A stretch of 64,000 nucleotides of DNA from sequence record PV231354.1; one strand, given 5' to 3'. Below, one piece after another: positions 59,501-64,000 of this stretch. Both the position numbers and the translations under genes were made by a program. Each line of letters begins with the position of its first letter. Position 1 is the first letter of the stretch. The notes beneath the pieces were generated by a model that did not search any database, had not been told where the DNA came from, and saw only the letters and a list, made by a program, of their open reading frames with translations.

Positions 59501-60246
59501 TGTTCTTCGATGACGTGAAGGAGTTTAACAACCGGGTGTTGCTGATGGCGATCACCTCGCGTTATATTGGTGGCCGCGTCCTGGGCTCCTCGAAGAACAT
59601 CGAGATGCCCAACAACTCGATCTGGATCGCCACGGGCAACAACCCGCTGATCTCCTCGGAAATGGCCCGCCGGGTGGTCGACATCCGCCTCAACGCCAAG
59701 ACCTCGGACATCCAGAAGCGCACCTATCGCCACCCCGACTACGTCCAGTGGCTGAAGGCCAACCGGGGCGAGATCGTCCACGCGATCCTGACCCTGATCG
59801 CCCACTGGATCAACTGCGGCATGCCCAAGTTCACGGCGCGCAAGCGTGCCTCGTTCGAGGACTGGTCCGAGAAGGTCGGCGGCGTGCTGATGTGCGCCAA
59901 CATCGACGGCTTCCTGGACAACCGCCGCTCGGTGGCCGCCGACATGGACGAGGCCGCGATCAAGCAGTTCGTCCGCGACTGGCTGCTGAAGTGGGGCGAG
60001 AAGGCTCCGGTCAAGATCGCCGACCTGTGGAGCTACGCTTTCGACATGGAACTCGACATCGTGTCGGGCGCCAACGACGACCAGAAGAAGGCCCGCTTCA
60101 TGCGCATCCTTCCGACCCTGGACGGCCGGACGTTCAAGATGCCGCGCGGCGACTGCATGGTCCGCGCAGGCGCCGACGTCGACGGCAACGTCACCTATCA
60201 TCTGGAGCGCTTGAGCGCGCCGGAGGAGGTCCTGGAGACTGCCTGA
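56590..60246 (+). CDS. Large replication protein: primase-like N-terminus, zinc-binding region, C-terminal P-loop helicase-like domain
   Basis: VGLDVD, TTHSH, DPSRLFYLP (PriCT-like), CPF..LH...CQHESC, PGTGGT/FFDDV/TGNN helicase-like motifs. Confidence 0.72.
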   Translation: MSDPFDFLAALFAAHEGPIAFEHDNKTVKTREPEFVEDHAGALYVSPSTPDGRVAFVFGSDQDVDRDAWESFRLKPTVVLYKEKTGDMIVAWAFEETQEPDDVRRLADALGMADLEEPIPLPGTNGWTLVHAEESDYYKLDEVERVYAPDRKVGYPDPPKNRQKDRQFSDTASSQASEKAGKKAASKTGKKTGADDPPWDEDLGVYADAQIKTRYDESDPALSREIIVSVGGNSKSMNWQPKAMPLGAFVAQFCQHREGAKDGVSFVMGDMVPGQRKKTAVKALYAVGLDVDVGMASSAIDAALKKFGRMAVRYTTHSHLKSVTDVKKDVLIKWCEQEADGADYEEDEVLQRYFLAKDLMTPEIAKTVEFNGTEHKDGGIMVSVKHAPIAKHRIIVPLAEAFDISKVAPTQKEAMEKWAKVPTALAAELGVPLDKSCLDPSRLFYLPRHAKGKPFEVSLFGGDLFDWKSLTLDDPFEAEIAKLSKGTSKSKTAAGRDLGRWSMKAAHGFQVVQVMEEHCPDKLRHQVSAGYEIECPFDDLHSNAGDTEDRACLAVNAGDGPSEWFTVRCQHESCREFTNLDMLGKMVEDGWFDRACLDDEDYNIVEAENAPNPVAAKRIETEDKAKEAYMQAIFDLPEVDFTDDDVDKVVRTCCEAALGTLAENKAKDALKARLGVNGTVINKMFKDMKAAIARDQNTEGNIKDPLGRSVFSYAGEFNFDEAFSCCFRALLNTNREKDQPIFSCLQDKPVRMATDVDGRLKFTEIGASAAMNAELNELVTFVRKNDQGTGVRGRVPDDVARHVYEKCYTRLPRTPEIMYTPIYTADGDLIRKPGWYQNLDIMMADIGFQVPKVFSDPTPEEVQEAVRLLTDDVLIDFPFLDYDTQGNERREPSLANAMAMLITPFMRRMIDSCTPVFFVSKPTPGTGGTFLGMVPIILFDGEEPAPIRYTQNEEEMQKALLASLMNSKAYLFFDDVKEFNNRVLLMAITSRYIGGRVLGSSKNIEMPNNSIWIATGNNPLISSEMARRVVDIRLNAKTSDIQKRTYRHPDYVQWLKANRGEIVHAILTLIAHWINCGMPKFTARKRASFEDWSEKVGGVLMCANIDGFLDNRRSVAADMDEAAIKQFVRDWLLKWGEKAPVKIADLWSYAFDMELDIVSGANDDQKKARFMRILPTLDGRTFKMPRGDCMVRAGADVDGNVTYHLERLSAPEEVLETA

Positions 60247-60273
60247 CGGGGGTGAGTGCTCCAGGACTACGAG

Positions 60274-60304
60274 AAAGGCCCCAGGAGCGATCCTGGGGCC
60301 TTTT
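60274..60304. terminator. Bidirectional intrinsic terminator
   Basis: AAAGGCCCCAGGA-GCGA-TCCTGGGGCCTTTT. Confidence 0.82.
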
Positions 60305-60315
60305 GAGTTGTAGCC

Positions 60316-60705
60316 TTAGAGCCAGACGACCCGAGGCGGTTTGCCCCGCTCACGCACGATCCTGACGTCGCCGCTCGCGACGAGCTTGGCGAACATCTTG
60401 TCGAGCGAGGAGGTCTTGGTCTTGCCCTTCTGGGCGGCCTGGGCGCGCCGGCGCTGGCGGCGGTTCATCTGCCCTTCATCGGCGACGGCGTAATTGGTGC
60501 TGTCGGGCTCGGAGCCCCGGCCGTAGCTCATCTCGAACGAGGCCGACTGGAGTTCCTGGCGGGTGAGCTTGCCGCTGGTGATCGCTTGGTCCAGGACGGC
60601 GATCGCATCGGGCGGGTACTTGTCGCGGACGGCCTCCAGATAGGCCGCCTTCTCCTCGGGGGAGAGGGCCTCGGCCGGGTCGAGAGTGGAGGGGTGAGGC
60701 GTCAT
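60316..60705 (-). CDS. Hypothetical protein
   Basis: 129-aa ORF with GGAG RBS. Confidence 0.6.
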   Translation of the reverse strand: MTPHPSTLDPAEALSPEEKAAYLEAVRDKYPPDAIAVLDQAITSGKLTRQELQSASFEMSYGRGSEPDSTNYAVADEGQMNRRQRRRAQAAQKGKTKTSSLDKMFAKLVASGDVRIVRERGKPPRVVWL

Positions 60706-60820
60706 GAAAATCTCCAGAGGCGGGAATGTCGCCCTTCATGACACGCCCGGCAGTAGACGTAAAGTGTTGACAGACGACACTCGATCCCGGTATGTGATCC
60801 TTGTACGGTAAGGGAAACCG

Positions 60821-61420
60821 ATGAACGACGACGATTTGGACTGGCAGGACGGCGAGCTTTCGCCGGCCCGCGCTCCGGTCACGACCAAGGACATCGCCGA
60901 TGTCGCCCAGGCTCCGGCCGGCGGGCGGATGGCGGCGATGCGTGAAGCGGGTGATGCGCATCGGCGCGACTTCCTGCTCCTGCGCGGTCCGCTGGGCGTG
61001 GTCCGTCTGTCGCTCGCGCACGTTCCGGCGCTGCACGCTCTTTGGCGAGTCTGGTCGCGCAAGCGCACGGCCCAGACCGCCGATCCTGGCGCCAGTCTTG
61101 CAGAGATCGGCGAGGAGATGAATTTGCCGGCGGCCTCGGTGCGTCCGATGGTCGTCAGCCTGCTCAAGAACCGACTCATCCGGACGCGGCGCAGCCACCA
61201 CGGATGGCAAGGGGTGCGGGCGACCTACTACCCGTCGGCGATCGCCGTCCAGGCCCTGGCCTTGGCGGAGGTCCTCGGTCCGGGGCATGCGGTTCAGGTG
61301 GGGCGCAACGCCTCGGCCTGGGCCAATCGCAGCCTGACCGAACCCGGCAACCTGTTCCAACACGCCGCCTTGTTGCGCGGCGGGGCTCCCCTCGGGGCCT
61401 CCGAGACGGAGTATTCATGA
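60821..61420 (+). CDS. Hypothetical protein, possible winged-HTH
   Basis: SLAEIGEEMNLPAASVRPMVVSLLKNRLI resembles a winged HTH; TTGACA promoter upstream. Confidence 0.55.
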   Translation: MNDDDLDWQDGELSPARAPVTTKDIADVAQAPAGGRMAAMREAGDAHRRDFLLLRGPLGVVRLSLAHVPALHALWRVWSRKRTAQTADPGASLAEIGEEMNLPAASVRPMVVSLLKNRLIRTRRSHHGWQGVRATYYPSAIAVQALALAEVLGPGHAVQVGRNASAWANRSLTEPGNLFQHAALLRGGAPLGASETEYS

Positions 61421-61421
61421 G

Positions 61422-61838
61422 ATGCCTCAACGCCAAAAAGACGTCCAAGCCCAAGCCGACAAGCCCGCTGGGGCTCAGGGAGGCGCGCAGCCTGGAAGTT
61501 CTCAAGGCGAGGCCGCCCAGGCTGCGCAGCTTCTGAGCCCCGAGGCGATCGGTCAGATCGGCGAAGCGCTCGGCGGCCGGACCCATTGGCAGGCCTCGAT
61601 CGCCCGCCGCGTCGGCGTCTCCAAGTCGCAGATCACCCGCTACCTCAACGGCGATCGCACGCCCAACACCGCGCTGGGCGACAGCTATCTCGAACTGATG
61701 CTCGACAACCTCGCCGAGCTTTCGGACCTGCTCTCGACGCCCGGCCTGCCCCAGGCTGACGGTGCCGACGTCGCCGAAGCCCAGCGCCACATCCATCACG
61801 CCGTGCGCCTCCTGCGCGACAAAGTTCTCTACGCCTGA
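61422..61838 (+). CDS. XRE-like HTH protein
   Basis: WQASIARRVGVSKSQITRYLNG. Confidence 0.65.
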   Translation: MPQRQKDVQAQADKPAGAQGGAQPGSSQGEAAQAAQLLSPEAIGQIGEALGGRTHWQASIARRVGVSKSQITRYLNGDRTPNTALGDSYLELMLDNLAELSDLLSTPGLPQADGADVAEAQRHIHHAVRLLRDKVLYA

Positions 61839-61846
61839 AGGACCCC

Positions 61847-62308
61847 ATGACGACCCTGATCGAACAACTCCGCAACGACGCCCTGGCCGCGCGCAAGGCC
61901 GCCATCAAGAAGGAAGCCGGCGGTGAGCACGCCGCGCTCCTGGCCTCGGTGGCGTCCGACGCCACCATGATCGGCAAGAACGACCGCGCCGCGCCCGGCC
62001 GCGAACCGACCGACGACGAGACCGCCAAGGTCGTGAAGAAGTACATCGCCGGCCTGGAGACCTCGATCGAGGCCGCCCGGAGCGAGGAGGAGCGCTCGCG
62101 CTTCATCGTCGAGAAGCGGCGCCTGGAGGGCTTCCTGCCGCAGATGCTCGACGGCGGTCACCTGACCGACGCCATCCACGTGACCCTGGCCAAGCTGGGC
62201 GTCGATCGCGACGTCAAGAGCACCAAGGCGGTGGTCGCCGATCTGCAAGAGACCTACCCCGGTCAGATTGACCCGGCGGCCGTCTCGCGCTACCTTCGCA
62301 ACGTCTGA
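61847..62308 (+). CDS. GatB/YqeY-domain protein
   Basis: LIEQLRND...DDE..KVVKKYI...E...LE.FLPQML...YPGQID pattern. Confidence 0.72.
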   Translation: MTTLIEQLRNDALAARKAAIKKEAGGEHAALLASVASDATMIGKNDRAAPGREPTDDETAKVVKKYIAGLETSIEAARSEEERSRFIVEKRRLEGFLPQMLDGGHLTDAIHVTLAKLGVDRDVKSTKAVVADLQETYPGQIDPAAVSRYLRNV

Positions 62309-62335
62309 TCCCAGACGAAATCCCAACCAGAACTC

Positions 62336-62367
62336 AAAAGGCCCCGGAGCGATCCGGGGCCTTTTCT
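62336..62367. terminator. Bidirectional intrinsic terminator
   Basis: AAAAGGCCCCGGA-GCGA-TCCGGGGCCTTTT. Confidence 0.82.
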
Positions 62368-62377
62368 TCGTCCAGGT

Positions 62378-62698
62378 CTACCGGCGCTGCGCCGGCGGAT
62401 CGCCATAGATGACGGGGTAGTGGGCGCGCACGTCAGGCGGCGTGAAGTCGCCCCCGTCCTTGACGCACTCGCGCGCCCGCATGACGGTGTGGTCGTAGAG
62501 GGTCAGAAGCTCCTCGCGCGTCAGCGCCATCAGGGCGTTGGTGAACCAGACGCGCTGGGAGCCGTGGACCTCGGTCGGCTCGTAAGGCAGCGGCGCGGTC
62601 AAGAACACCTGATGCGCGCGGTTCTCACGCCAGTTGGCGATCTTGAGCGCCCGCTGGAGGAGGCCCATGGGGTTGACGTCTTCGTTAGGCGGCTTCAT
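62378..62698 (-). CDS. Hypothetical protein
   Basis: AGAGGA RBS before MKPPNED. Confidence 0.55.
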   Translation of the reverse strand: MKPPNEDVNPMGLLQRALKIANWRENRAHQVFLTAPLPYEPTEVHGSQRVWFTNALMALTREELLTLYDHTVMRARECVKDGGDFTPPDVRAHYPVIYGDPPAQRR

Positions 62699-63758
62699 CG
62701 TCGGTGTCCTCTTGCTTGGCCAGCCAGTCGGCGTAGAGCGCCTCCAGGACCTTGACGCGGGCGCCGTCCATGTCGGACGGATCACGCAGGCCCTCGAACA
62801 CCCCGTGGCGCGGCAGGTCGTAGTCGCCGGCCAGGGCGTAGCTCATCTTGACGAACTGACCCACCGGCGGGTTGACGAAGTAGTCGGCCTTGGTCTTGTC
62901 GTTGAGGCCCGAGGCGATCCGCGCCACCTTGCCCGGCCATTCGGGGAAGATCACCAGCAGCTTGCCGGCGCGGCCCTTGGCGGCCTTGTTCGCCTTGTGG
63001 GTCGAGCGCTTGGTGTAGCCGCGCTCGTCGAGCGTCGCCTCGTTGTTGTTGGCGAACTCCTCCTCGACGCCGATGCAGACGCCCTCCAGGTCGGCCTTGT
63101 CCTTGGCCTTGACGTTGTAGCCCTCCAGGACCGTCGAGCGGCCGGGCTTGTAGGGGCCGTCGATCGCGCAGAAGATCAGGCCCTCGTCCTCGTTCTCCAG
63201 CGCCTCCAGGTACATGGCCAGCGCCTCCTCGGCGTTGCGAAGCAGGCGCTGCTCCAGGACCACTACCCACGACGGCAGGGACAGTTCCAGGGCCTTGAGC
63301 GCGGCGAGGCGCTCGGCCTTGCCGCCCGGCGCCAGGAAGTGCTCGAAGACATAGTAGCGGATGTCGGGCTCGCCCTCATGGGTCATCACCGCCGAGGTCG
63401 AGCCCCGGAAGTTCAGCTTGCCATCGGTCAGGATGCCGATCTCGCCGTCCAGGCCGTGCGGCAGCGTCGACAGCAGCTTGCGCACGTGCAGGTTCGGGAT
63501 GTACTTCAGCGACCGGGTGATGCCGTGGCCGATCGTGTCGCGCTCGTTGGTCACCCAGCCGGCCTCGGTGTGGGTGATCGCCGCCTCGATCCTGTCGGGA
63601 TGCACCGGCGAGACGCTGGCCCGGACCCCGTCCTTTTTGAAGGACCCGTAGCAGGGGAACGTGATCCGCGTGGCGAACTCGCTGGGCTTGACCGAGTCGG
63701 TGTCGGCTAGGGCGATACGGAAGCGCTTGTAAAGCTTGGGCTTCTTGATCTTGCTCAT
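62685..63758 (-). CDS. ATP-dependent DNA ligase (phage type)
   Basis: KKDGVR (KxDG), LDGEI, YVFE, EDEGLI, YKPGRS, VKAK; C-terminal OB fold with PRHGVF; start MSKIKKP. Confidence 0.88.
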   Translation of the reverse strand: MSKIKKPKLYKRFRIALADTDSVKPSEFATRITFPCYGSFKKDGVRASVSPVHPDRIEAAITHTEAGWVTNERDTIGHGITRSLKYIPNLHVRKLLSTLPHGLDGEIGILTDGKLNFRGSTSAVMTHEGEPDIRYYVFEHFLAPGGKAERLAALKALELSLPSWVVVLEQRLLRNAEEALAMYLEALENEDEGLIFCAIDGPYKPGRSTVLEGYNVKAKDKADLEGVCIGVEEEFANNNEATLDERGYTKRSTHKANKAAKGRAGKLLVIFPEWPGKVARIASGLNDKTKADYFVNPPVGQFVKMSYALAGDYDLPRHGVFEGLRDPSDMDGARVKVLEALYADWLAKQEDTDDEAA

Positions 63759-64000
63759 CTCAATTTCCCCTCGATCAACTTGAGGCCGGGCTGGTCCCGG
63801 TCCATCTGGTAGACGGTGTAGCGATCGCCGTCGAACTCGACGCTGTAGACCCGGATGCCGGCGTTGAGGCACTGCATCCACATGTCGCGCGTGCCCGGCC
63901 CGCCGGGAAACGCCACGCAGACGTCGGGCTGGCTGGTCTCACGCATGCGGGTGTTGCGCCGCTTGGGCGCATCGTCGCCCTCGCCGTCGAGCGCCGGGTC
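63755..64000 (-). CDS. SLOG/YspA-like (DUF2493) protein, C-terminal part (5' end beyond the window)
   Basis: RRNTRM..TSQPDVCVAFPGGPGTRDM motif. Confidence 0.65.
   Translation of the reverse strand, partial: DPALDGEGDDAPKRRNTRMRETSQPDVCVAFPGGPGTRDMWMQCLNAGIRVYSVEFDGDRYTVYQMDRDQPGLKLIEGKLR

Noticed and set aside
56404-60201. 1265-aa minus-strand ORF
   Set aside because: Antisense shadow of the primase/helicase-like gene
1-64000. Genome-wide stop-codon reassignment
   Set aside because: Genes end normally at TAA, TAG and TGA under the standard code; no suppressor tRNA

Overview
64 kb internal segment of a large, GC-rich alphaproteobacterial siphophage genome. Gene content and order closely resemble the phiCbK-like Caulobacter phages (assigned from motif recognition, no database search). 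Left part (1-18.5 kb, +): tape-measure C-terminus, GTA-like tail tip module (DUF2460, DUF2163, NlpC/P60, central tip protein), two paralogous tail fibres and a lysis cassette. Middle (18.9-39.3 kb, -): repressor-like HTH gene, dUTPase, RNR (beta fused to glutaredoxin, alpha with an intein), ThyX, dNMP kinase, RecD-like helicase, SSB-like protein, exonucleases, T7-like DNA polymerase and two DNA methyltransferases. Then a 2.1 kb protein-free RNA island (39.3-41.46 kb) holding a ~630-nt end-paired structured RNA, a circularly permuted tmRNA with a long structured intervening segment, three tRNAs (two with unexpected long variable arms) and several more hairpin RNAs. Right part: cadherin-repeat protein, SNF2 helicase, HhH-GPD protein, rIIB/rIIA, a minimal tyrosine recombinase, a primase/helicase-like protein and an ATP-dependent ligase. 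A second promoter- and terminator-bounded structured RNA (~265 nt) follows the lysis cassette. A 14-bp promoter element TCGTGAATCTTGAC (a GANTC site fused to the -35 box) occurs about 13 times. The strongest candidates for undescribed biology are the large structured RNAs and the RNA island as a whole. All RNA folds were read by eye and are not computed.
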